Shown: piece after piece, positions 11,904 through 23,369 of the stretch | How the letters are laid out: every line of letters begins with the position of its first letter | Position numbering within the stretch: the first letter of the stretch is position 1 | Source of the DNA: Podarcis liolepis | Lineage: Eukaryota | Strand: one strand, 5' to 3' | Assembly (NCBI GenBank): GCA_965112155.1 | Contig: OZ218102.1 | Length of the DNA stretch: 64,000 bases | Notes under the pieces: generated by a model | Databases searched by the model: none | Told to the model about the DNA's origin: nothing | What the model saw: only the letters and a program-made list of their open reading frames with translations | Translations under genes and position numbers: made by a program

Positions 11904-14545
11904 AAAGAGAGAGAGAGAGAGAATGTTTGTGTGAATGGGGTATGGTGGGTATGTATGTTAAGATCCCACCCACATTGGCCACCATTGAGAGATCTAAAGG
12001 TTACCGAGACCCACCAGGCACAAAGCAGCTGTGGAAGGGCAAGGCTAGTACCAAAATGAAGGTGGGGATTGGCATGATTACTTGCCACTTAATGATATAA
12101 TTTTCTATTAATACCTAATTCCCCTTTAGGCTTCACCGGATGATCTATTTATTGAGAATTCAGTCTGATTTCCTTGTCTGGACTTTGTTGCGTATTTGTT
12201 GAGCATTGTATGACAATGAACATTCAGCCTGATTTGCTTGTGGGGTGTTTTCCTGTTAAATATTAATCCAGCCCACGCTTTTCAATGCATTTCCCTGTCA
12301 CTTTCCAAACTGCAAAAAGTCAGCTTCTTTTCAAAAGTAGATTTGTTATGCAAGGGTGACAAAAACCCTTAATCCTCTTTAATTGCAGAAACCGAAAGGA
12401 ATTTTAACCTTTAATCTGTTATGTGCTTGAATTCCTCCTGCAACATACAGGTGGTCTGGAGGCACCTTTTGGAAATTGCTAAAATCTTTGTGACTGTGAT
12501 TTCCTTGTGGCAGGGAATTCCATTCCATTCCCTTCCTTGTGGCTAAGATCAGATATTGGTTCTAGAGGCATTGACCCAGCCTCCCTGTCTGAAGCAGAAT
12601 ATACTGATTCAGTGACACCAAATGGAGGCGGCTTTTTATTTTATAGTGTTATGGTTTGGGGAGTCAGTATGCATGGTACCTGTGGTTCCTTTCCAAACCT
12701 GTGATCCTATACCCGTGAGGTTACAATCTACAGGAGGAAACCTGGTGAACCAGTCAAACCAGTTCCTTTGTTAAGGTAATGGCCTTGGCCCGCCTCATCA
12801 GCATCTTAAAGAGTTAGTTTAAAAGATATGTATTGCCATAGCAACAATTGAAGATGCTTTCAGATGCACATCCCTACCATGGGGAGTGTGCAAATTTTGG
12901 CTGATGCAGACAGTTGCAAAGGCAGAGACTTTTCTTGCTGTGTGCTGGATCTCCCTGGGCATTTAATGGGAAGGCAAGCTCTGAGGAATGCTAATGCCGT
13001 GAGACCTTCCAACCGATGCTGAGGTTGTATGTATGTGTAAATAAAACCATATATCCTAAAGACAACACAGTCTCCAGTGATCTTCAGTCCAAGGAAATTG
13101 AACTCTGAGTAAACACTGGAACGCCTAGAGTCTCTCAACTTTCAAAGTTTGGAGTGTGTGCAACAATAATTTCCCTCCTCTCCATATAGGTATATTTTTA
13201 CTTATCTTTTGTTACTTCTTCTCCCCTTCACCTTTCATGCTTCATTTGTACCCTATTCTCACCCCAAACTGCCAGTTTCTTTCGTCCCTCCTCCATGGCT
13301 CCTTTTACACCTACTTCTTCCTGCTATAACTGTTTTCCCCTCTTACCCCCTTCCTCTCTCTTCCCAGATGATGGTGAAGATGATGATGGTTCATAGAACA
13401 GCTGCTGCTAGTCTAGACCAGGGATTGGGTTGCTCTCACCTGGAAGTGAGCTGAGAAGATTCACTGGAGGCGGTCCCCATCCCACAGCTTGAGAGATGTT
13501 GCTCTGGAGCAATGTGTACGACTTTCCCCTTATTCTTTTGGTTGCCTCTCTTGCCCCGTCAAGATCACCTTGAGAACTGTACAGATGTAAGAGGCTGCAG
13601 AGCCGAGCATCTCTGCAGTGGAAACATTTTTCCTAATTGCAGCCGCTTCACCCCCACTACAGTCCCACATAAGGCCATGGAATAATGAAATTGAGTAGAC
13701 CAGATGGCAAGCAGCATCTGGTCTGGCGGTCAGATGAATATATAGACATCTGAACATAAACTTTAACAAACACCTGCAAAATAGAGAGGCAATCTCAGAG
13801 CAGTGCTATATTCACAAAGAGCTGATCTGGTGGATGCAAATTCAACCTATTTTTTAAAAATATGATAGCTACATATAAAATATATCAAGTCAATGAGAGG
13901 GGGGTAACCTCAAATATAAACAGTCTCTGAAACAATAATTTACAAATCAAATGATAGTCCTAAATTCAGTCTTAGAAGTCAACTTCCAGAGCTGCCAAAT
14001 GTGTTTCGACTCCCAGCTTCATCAGCAGCTATTGTACAGCACGCAGGACTTCAATTCATCTTCTTCCATGTATATTCATGAAGAATAATTCATATCTTCT
14101 TCAGCTGCGGAAGAACATTTTGCTGTTCACATGGGGCTTTAAAACACTGAAAGCTTCCAGACTAAAGCATAAAAGATATTCAAAACAAAATGGGACTCAA
14201 AAGTTTCCATGTTCTAAGAACATGTTCTCAGTAAAGTTACCTCACCTGTAGAGCTCAGCGATTGATTGTGTAGATAAGCAGTGGGATAATCTTTGAGGTA
14301 TGCTGGACCCAAACTGTCTTGGGCTTTACATGCTAAAACCAGCACCTTGAACTTGGTAGCTGATTGGCAGCCAGCCTTGAACCTCCTGGCTAGAGTTGTT
14401 AAGGGTTTATGTAACTAACTCTTCACTTCCCCATTTATTTTCAGGTTCCAGTTTCCCCTTCTACTGCCCTTTCAATGTTCCATAGATCCAGTCCTTGTCA
14501 GGCAATTTGGAAGGTGTGTAAGAAGTTTTTATTTTTATGTTGACA

Positions 14546-14675
14546 GGGGCCACCCAAAACCAAGGTAGCCATTTCTAGATGTTCAGGGGACTCACTAACT
14601 AGACAAAAGTATACAACTTTGTGTTAGTGAGTCTACTGAGCATCTAGCAATGCCTAGCTTGTTTTGGGTGGCCCC
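14546..14675. mobile_element. Fold-back (hairpin) MITE-like element
   Basis: GGGGCCACCCAAAAC...GTTTTGGGTGGCCCC ends; arms stay complementary towards the centre (GACTCACTAAC/GTTAGTGAGTC). Confidence 0.65.
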
Positions 14676-15809
14676 ATTCTGCTCCCAGACTGATAGGCCC
14701 TTGACTACCTGAGTTAGTTATTAGGGGAAGTTTTATGCAATCTAATTTTATTTCTGGGCCTTTTCTATTCTTAAGCCTTCCATTCCAACGAGTTTTGAGA
14801 AAGCATCACGCAACACTCACTGGCACCTGTACCGATTACTCAGAGGGACTTTAGTTCTGTGAATTGATAATCTGGGGCTTGTAATTCTGTGCAGAAAGAA
14901 GAAAATATGCTGCCGGTTCATTTACACAGCAAATGGGAATGGGAATATAATTCTGTGGGGACTAATGTTGTTTGGTTAGCTACAAACCATGCCTGACATT
15001 TACTGTTCTGCCTCTTTTTGTGTGTGCTCCTGTAGTACACTGTTTAGAGAGATACTGCAATAAATCTGGGGGGAAATTGTTTTTACAAAGTTCATAGCTG
15101 CATTTGCCACCTTTAATATTAATAGGAGAGTATCTTTAAAGTGAGCAAATTGAGAAAGTGGCTGAAAGTATAGTTTATAAAAGAAGATTAGTGGGTTTAA
15201 TATGCACTGGAGAGTCAAAGAAAAATCTTATTACTGTATGGAGAAATTAGCTCATAAAGAAGCTAATACAGCAGGCTGGGGAGTAATTTTTAACAAGGGT
15301 TTTATGATGCACAAGTGTAGGCAAGCTAATGAACTTATCTTTCTGGTTATTTTCAGACTGAAGCAGTGTTGTTGTTGTTTTTTTATTGTATTTTCCCAGT
15401 ACTTGTCTTTTTTAAAAAGTAAAATACATTTAATCACTTTCAGTAAAAGGAAGTGATTACTTTGATGAATTAAATACAATCTTGTGTTTTGCCCTTCACT
15501 GGGGTGGCAATAAAACTGCGATCAGCTGATAATCAACAGGAAAAAAACACAGTTTGGCATTATTATTTGGGGGTTAAGGGCCACCTTTGGGGTGGATATT
15601 CCTTTCCAGAGAGTATCTGCTCCTGCCTAATTTACCAAATGCACCAATCTGATTAAGCAATCCTATATGTTAGCTCAGGCCCGACCTGTTTATTCTAGCT
15701 TCTTTCTAGGTAAACGTGCCAAGTATTACAGCATCAGAAGTAAAGTCCTAAGCACAGAACCAGATCAAGCATTTAGTTTTATTATTGTAAACGTTTTCAA
15801 TAACAATTA

Positions 15810-16061
15810 CAGTGGTACCTTAGTTTATGAACTTAATCTGTTCCGGAAGTCCGTTCTTAAACCAAGGCGTTCTTAAACTGAGGTGTGCTTTCCCATAGCA
15901 GCGGGGGACTCAATTTACAAATGGAACACACTCAACAGGGAGCGGAAGATGTTCTGCTTCCAAGGCAAAGTTCACAAACCAAAACACCTACTTCCGGGTT
16001 TGCAGCGTTCTGAATCCAAGTTTTTCATAAACTAAGCTGTTCTTAAACCAAGGCATCACTC
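15810..16061. mobile_element. Tc1/mariner (Tigger-like) MITE
   Basis: TA-flanked; CAGTGGTACCT...AGGCATCACTC imperfect TIRs. Confidence 0.7.
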
Positions 16062-17279
16062 TACAAGGAAAGAGAAGGTAGAAAAAGTCAAACAGGAGCA
16101 ATAGTGGTAACAACAAAATAACAAATAGTAGCCCCTTATTTTTAAAAAAGAAATGTATCTCAAATGCTTGAAATATCAGTAGCTACATTGTGTTCTTTAC
16201 AAAACTGACAAATAAGTATCAATTCCAAAGTAAAACACTTTTTAAAATTTAAGTTGTTTCTATACCACATCATTACCAAGGTCTCTGCTAGTAATACGTT
16301 CTTTTAGTCAAAGTTAAATGTATATGCTTTTATTTTTTGAAAAAGTGCCATGTTTGAGGGTGAATGTTCTTTTCTGGAGAGAACAGACTCCTGCTTCCAT
16401 AACCAGATTTAGATGTGAAGTACAGAACCATTGCAACCTTTTGTCTCAGCCATGCCGTTGTGCGTGAAAGAGCCATGTGACCTTTGACATCCATAAAACA
16501 GACATCTGAAGAATGTCATCTCCAATAGCAGGAGACCATGTAGAGGAGGGGATTGGTTAATACAAAGTGTCCATCTGTCAGCACCCCAGAATGTTCAGAA
16601 GGGGGAATGAGCACATTTTCCTGCCCGCGGCTGAATAAAGCCTAGTCCTTCTTTACACTGTTCTGCAATGTGTGCTGTTGAAATTAATTACAGTAAGCCT
16701 GCAACTTACACACATTTAGCATGCACCCATTCAACTTCATGCACTTGGCAAAAAAAATTAAAAGGAGAAAGAAAGGTGGCGGAAATGGGGCAGGTGTCTG
16801 GGGAAAAAGACTTTGGCAATTCCAGTCGCCATCAATTCCATTGTCTTTTGACTACGTGCAATTTTTGCTTTAGGCGCGATCCCTGGAACATAACCTGCAT
16901 GTAAATTGCAGACATTCTGCAATTCATACTCTGAAGGTTGCATCTAAGTTCTACTCAAAGTCGACTCATTGAAGTGAATGGACCTAAGAAAGACATATCC
17001 AGCAATTTCAATGGGTCTGATATGAGGAGCTCCAACACTGACTGGATACAAACCTGAAGGTTTAGAAGATTTTCACTGTTGTGTTTTCATTATGTTTTTA
17101 GGCCACAAACTTTTCACAACATGGATTGCAATGATTTTAAGAACACTTAACTCTGTGCTGCATTGGGCACTTACCAGGTTGCAACCTATTGATACATACC
17201 TGAGAATGAGTCCTGTTGCATCTCGTGGGACTTGATTCTGAATAAGCAAACACAGGCTTGAGAGACAGGACTAGGACCT

Positions 17280-17712
17280 TGTCAGGGAACTGACATCGGA
17301 ACGAGAGGCGAAGGGGAGGCTCCCAGATGATGCTGGCGAAGGACCCAGCAGCAGGGGGAGAAACAGCTCAGTAGAGGGGGAAGCCAATCAGCGCAACACC
17401 AGGGATAAAGGGGGACAGATGGGGGAATTGGAAAGAGGGCTCCAGGACTCTTCACTGGACATCAGTGAGGAGAGCCCAGGTCCTCCGCTACCCACGCCTT
17501 CCCTGAGCAGAAGACTCCCGCGCAGTGAGAGGAGGAGACTGGGTGTCAAACAACTTTTATGTTGGAAGAGGTTCAAGAAACACCCACTGACGGATTCTGC
17601 CAGTGACTGAGGCAGCCACGATGAGAAGGGGCTGTGCAGTCAGAAAGGTTTAACAAGGCAAATTAACCGAGAAAGGCACCAGTTTACGCACGAGTAACTC
17701 ATACCTATTACA
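17280..17712 (+). mobile_element. Solo LTR, 433 bp
   Basis: TGT...ACA termini; 5-bp TSD GACCT at 17275-17279 and 17713-17717; inserted into the head of a CORE-SINE. Confidence 0.85.
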
Positions 17713-17870
17713 GACCTGGAAGATCAGAGCTCAAATCCACACTCAGCTATGAAATTTGCTGTGTGACCTTGGGCAGTCACTGTCTTTCAACCTAACCTAC
17801 CTCAGAGGGTTGTGGCGAGGATAAAATGGGAAGCAGGGAGTGGCATACATTCTACCTTGATATTTGGAAT
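17713..17870 (+). mobile_element. MIR-like CORE-SINE fragment, interrupted by the solo LTR
   Basis: CORE-like TGTGTGACCTTGGGCAGTCAC...ACCTACCTCAGAGGGTTGTGGCGAGGATAAAATG. Confidence 0.65.
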
Positions 17871-20800
17871 TTGCTGTGTATCAAATTTATTTATAACATG
17901 CAAGATGTTAAAGAATTCTCTTGTACATTAAAAAAAACAGGCACCCACGCATCGGTGAAAGAAATCACTTACGGCTGTATTTTATTTGTTTTATGTTTTT
18001 TATATTTACTAATCCCATCCCCACAGGAAAAGCGTCAACTCAAACACTTTATGAGATTATTCGCTACCCAGCATCATTCTGTATGGAGTATATCATTAAC
18101 AATCTATGCATAGTAAACACAACAGAGATAACTTGCTCTGTTGTCTATTCAAAAGTGTTTTCATTTGTGACAGAATTCCTCTACAGAGGAACTGGAAATA
18201 CCACGTCTGTTAATCTTGTGGACATCTGTGACATTGATTGATCACTTTGCAATATTGACCTTTAGTAATCATTGCATGACTCATGTGACTGAAGGGTGGG
18301 ATTATATCTACCTGGAAGACTGTCTTGTTGAAATTAATAGGAATTACGTCCGAGTAGACTTGCAAATGATTGTGCTGTAAGTCTTATAACTCTTTTGTCT
18401 ATTCCACTGGTCACTGGAAATCCAGATGCCTGCCTGGTGTTTTCTCTGAGTAGTGGTGATGCTGAAATTCCTTATTAGACTGTCCACAATACAAACCTAG
18501 CCAGTTGATAGTTCTCATGTGTATAATAAACCTAGACTATGATATACCAAGATTGTTTTGTAATTGAAAATAAGATATACTATAATCATGATTATTTTGT
18601 GTGTGCGTGGCTATGTGGTCTGAGCTGCTGGTGCGACTCAGCAGCAAAAGCCAGGTGGTATCCACCATCTTTTCATGTTGCTTACTTTAGCCCTTCAGTT
18701 GCACCATGTCTGCGTAGTAAACTAAACACAAGTGGCAATGGCTAGTGAGAAACCAATGTATGGCAATGTGTGACCCATAAGGGTAGAAAAGAAACATTCT
18801 ACATATGTGCTGAAATTCAGCCATGACTCAAAAGCTGGGAATATAGTGTAGGTTTCTTCTGAGCTTTCCTTCAGCTGGGTTTGTAAACCATGCCCATCTC
18901 TACTCCTGATTATCCTTCACCAGAAGCTTGCTTCCTCCTTTTTTCATAACCAGTGTGGTATATTCAGACACACAGTTCTTTTTCACATGCCTTTAGCTTC
19001 TTAGGCACTGAAAATAAGCATGAGGGTATATCAAGATAAATGTCTTCACAAAATTTGGAAGCAGGATTCTATGGGGGAAGGTGCGGTGAAATGGTTCTAG
19101 AGAGCATAAAAAGTGTCTACTCAATTTGCTATGTATTCTGGAGAAAGTCAAAGATCCTGGTTTCTGTTTTATTTGTTTGTGGGGAGCAGTTATAAGAGTT
19201 CATTTGTGGACTAGGGTGGTGGGATGTCTACATTTTTAAACAAGTGTGTGGGGTGTATACACACACACACACACAACCACAACAACATCAGTTATTGGAA
19301 AGATTAGAAAATCTGGTGCCCATTACAGGAAGAGCTATAATTCCTCATATTCTTTCTGCAGATTACTAAAACCATGTAGCATTTCAAACATGCACAGAGA
19401 CCAAATCTGTAGGATGAATACAAATGAAGCTTAGGCAAACAATGTGATGGTGGTTTCACCTAAACGTGAATGGGAATATTTATACGATAAGAGGATGCTA
19501 ACCAAATGGTACAGATAAGTGTGACCTTGTCAGAGGCATGTCTGGAAATGGGGAAGGGGAAAAAATGTTGGCAGGAGACGATTTTCTCCTTGCTGCTTCC
19601 CTGTTTTCTTGCTGCTCTGACCAGCTGAGCGAACCATCCTGCGATTTTGTAGAAACAGCTTGCTACTCTCTCTGGTGATATTTCCATAAGTTGTTCCAAG
19701 ATCGTTGAAGTGTGAGGAACTGGCACCAAGGAGGTGGGGCACTACCCTGTGGATTTTCAAGCACAGGAAGTTCTGGATTTATATTCTAAAATAATCCTCA
19801 CGTTCACAAGGATGAACTTCTTGGGGAGAGTAGGTTGGTACTACATAGTCAGAAATTGCTGGCAGCTATTTGGGAGAAGGAGGCCTGGTTTCTTTTGTGA
19901 CCCAGGATTCCTGGCCCCCTTCCCTTCCCTAGGCTATTTAAACGGAACTGGCTGTCATGCCGAGAAGAGCTGGCTTGCCCTGCCAGTAGAACCATGGCTG
20001 AGGCTCATCTTACTACAGAGAGACCATCTGCTACCACTGTTCCGCACAGGAAATGATCTCTGACTGAAAACAGTTCACACGGTATGTTGCCTCCTGAAGA
20101 AAAGCAGAAGTATATGGTGATTACTGAGGTACAAGACCTAATATATAATTAAAATGACGCAGTACTGCTCATTCAGGTGAGTAGTTCAGTGCGAAACCAG
20201 CTAAACTGAACTGCTGCAATGTAAGATTATGTAAGCAAACAGAGAGAGACAATCTGAGCTCTTCTTCTGCTTTAACTGAAACTACTGCCCAACCAGAAGC
20301 TTGCAAGACAGCAACAGTGGAGAAGAGGTGTCTGATTCTGCCCTAGTTATGGCGTTGAACAGGAAGTATGAGTTAAAAGGTGATACTTGGGCAAAGGAGT
20401 AAATAGGAGGCTGTGGCTTAGGTTTGTTGATGATGAAAATTTACCCTTATTGGTCATTTGTCATTTTACAAAAAAATCCGCCAAAGTGATTTACTAAGAT
20501 AATACAAGCATAAAACTAAATATAACCAAACAAAATAAAAGCTAAATACCATCCATTACATCTATAAAAAGGCAGGCCTACCCTATTCCATAAAAAAGGC
20601 AAGGAAGAGGCATATTTAATACCCTCGCTATTAAGGGCCAAAAGTCTGAGTATAAAGAAATGTTTTTGCCTGGTGCCTAAAAGTAGATAATGATGCTGTC
20701 AGGTGTGCCTCCTTGGGAAAAGCATTCCACAAGTGGGGAAACACCACTGAACAGGATCATTCTCATATTGCCACCTTTATTCAGGGCATCAGTATTATGG

Positions 20801-21551
20801 GTAACCTATAGTATTCCATTATTGTAAAATTCCCATCCCCATGAGGTTTGCTTGGCCCCTATACTTGCCTCCTCTCAGAGACAGGTAAAACATGTTTGTT
20901 CTCCCAGGATTTTGAAAATGAGGAGCCTATGCTACTGAAAGGCATCGAGGATTAATGCTGTTGATCTGCTGAATTGTTTTAGATAGTGTCTATTTCATTG
21001 CTTTTAATGGATTGCACTTTCGTTTTTAATGTTGTGAAGTGCTTTGTAAATTAGACAAGTGAAAAGCGGCATAAAAATATGGTCTGTAGATAAAGTGGCA
21101 ATTAGGCATGATAAGCTGTCCAATAACTGAGCTGCTTAGTTATGAGCAGAGTTCCACGCACAGCCCTTCTGCAACCGATTAGCCAATATAGTGCCATGAA
21201 TATGGTTGAATGAAAGGTGAGATTTGCAAACCTGCTAGAACTTTCAAATGGAGCAAATGGAATAGCGACTGGCAATGGGGAAATGTACCATACCACATTA
21301 GGCTGCGGCTGGGGAGTCACCATTTTTAAAGGTGCTATTACATAGGGCTGACATAAGCAGCAGCATAGCTAGCCACGCAAGCACCCAGGATGGTGTCCAC
21401 GGGGTGGGGTGAGCCAGGGCACGGCGTGCTGTGTGGAGCCTCCATTGAATCCACCACCACCTCCCTCAGCTGAGAGAGAGCCGGCAGGCAGACGCACGCC
21501 CCAAGCTGCCGTTTTGGGCAGTACAATGCTTGCATGCATTTAACCCGCCAC

Positions 21552-21983
21552 TGTCAGGGTCCTGTCAATGGCTCCCAGTTGTTGGTCCAGGAAATTATAA
21601 ATACAAGGAAAAGGTTCTTACAGTCGTTTTTTATCTCAAACTTACAGAGAGATGCTACAGAACACAGCCCCTTGGATAATGGCATTGTCCCGAGTGAATC
21701 ACCACCACCCCTTTTCTCTCGCTTCCTCATTCGTCATCATCATCACCTTCTCTATGGGTGCTGCTAAGGGCCCTCTGTCTTTGAGCTCTCTGCTCTCCTA
21801 CTTTTAAGGCTTGCCAGGTTTTGGGAGATGGTGGGTCTCAAATGCTTTCTAGTGATGACGTGTCAGCCAGTTGCCACTCCGGTTCTGCCTGCTCCTCCTC
21901 TCCTATTATTTCCCAACTTTTCCCCTCATCTGCCTCTGAGCCATGACCTCCCGCAAACCACTGTTGTAAATCTATACTGTCTT
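21552..21983 (-). mobile_element. 5'-truncated LTR, same family as 5592-6109
   Basis: Reverse complement shares AAGACAGTATAGATTTACAACAGTGGTTT and downstream sequence; terminal CTGACA; abuts a CORE-SINE tail fragment. Confidence 0.75.
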
Positions 21984-22210
21984 AGAAGAAGAAGAAGAGT
22001 TTGGATTTGATATCCCACTTTATCACTACCCGAAGCTCAATAACTTCTGGTGGGTGCTCCCCCTAAAAAAAAGTCAGTGGACATTATGATGGTGTTATGT
22101 ATGTCATGATTGCCACAGCAATGCTGAGGCAACTGATGGCAAATTGTCCTTACGGATACCAGCTTGGATAGTTTTAAAAGAGGGTGAGTCATGTAGGATC
22201 ATGCTATCAG

Positions 22211-22348
22211 CAGGGCTTTTTTTCCAGCTGAAACTCACCAGAACTCAGTTCTGGCACCTCTTAGATGGGTGCCATTGCCATTCCAGGAGAACAAGGGAGG
22301 TGTTCATGGTGAGTTCTGGAACCTCTTTTTTCTAGAAAAATAGCTCTG
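22211..22348. mobile_element. hAT MITE
   Basis: 8-bp TSD GCTATCAG (22203-22210, 22349-22356); CAGGGCT..AGCTCTG ends; second copy at 56117-56253. Confidence 0.85.
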
Positions 22349-23290
22349 GCTATCAGTAGCTACTAGCTGCAATGGCCTCCATTACTGAAGGCAAGATTTC
22401 TCTGAATTGCTGAGGAATGGAAGTGGGGAGATTGCCATGGCTCTCAGGAATTGCTTGCAGGCTTCTCATGGACCTCTGGTTGGCCACTGTGAGAACAGGA
22501 AGCTGGACTAGACGGGTCATTGGCCTGATTGAGCAGGGCTGTTCTTAAATTTTATAAGGTATATTGCAGCCCTAGTCTTTTGAGAATGGATCGCTCAAAC
22601 ACGAATGTGCTTTGTCAGCACTACTAGGTCTGCAAGGAGAGACCTGTAACTGAGAGTTCAGGTTCTTATTTCCAAACCCTTCTCTTGGCATAGACTCTGC
22701 AAGGCCAACCCTGAAGCAGCTGAGGAAATTTTGCTTATTTATCATGGCAGGTGTGTCCTGTTAATCGCCAGGGTATTAAGGGAGATGAGAAGAGGGAGGC
22801 AAGTCTCCATGACTGAGATTCTTCTAAAAAGAAATCTTAGAAACAACAAAACAGATGAAGAAATCTTAAGTTTATACACACATGTATCCAAATACTGATA
22901 TAAAGTCCAACCATAAGGACGTCAGATAGGTTTTGGTCTCTGAGCTATGCATATGTTACAGGAGAGGGTGGGAACTCCACCTGCTCACAGTCCAGCTCTA
23001 TTAAAAGCAACTAATCCTCATAAAACTGACCTTTCTGCTCCCCCCCATCTCTAATTTCCTGCATTCCTCGCACTCCTCTATTCTCGCTTCTCCCCATCCA
23101 GTTTGCTTTTCAACATACTTATTCATAAACAGATGTTATAAATTACCTTTCTTGTCTCTGGTAACTCATCCCACATGCCTTATGTCATTTTATGAAATAG
23201 TTTTCCTTAACCTTTCCATTTGCCTCTGTTTTCCAATGCTTAGAATATAGTCTCATTTTTTCCCCTTTCAAGTATTTTTCCCCCCTACAG

Positions 23291-23369
23291 AAAACAATGT
23301 ACTGCAGATAAACAGCGAGGACTTTAATGCAGTCCAGAAGCATGGAAGACCTTCTTCTCTTCCTCCTAG
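23291..23369 (+). other. Candidate host exon, 79 nt
   Basis: Polypyrimidine acceptor TTTTTCCCCCCTACAG and donor AG/GTATGA; one open frame (ENNVLQINSEDFNAVQKHGRPSSLPP) or a Kozak-context ATG (AGCATGG) giving MEDLLLFLL; gene not recognised. Confidence 0.35.
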
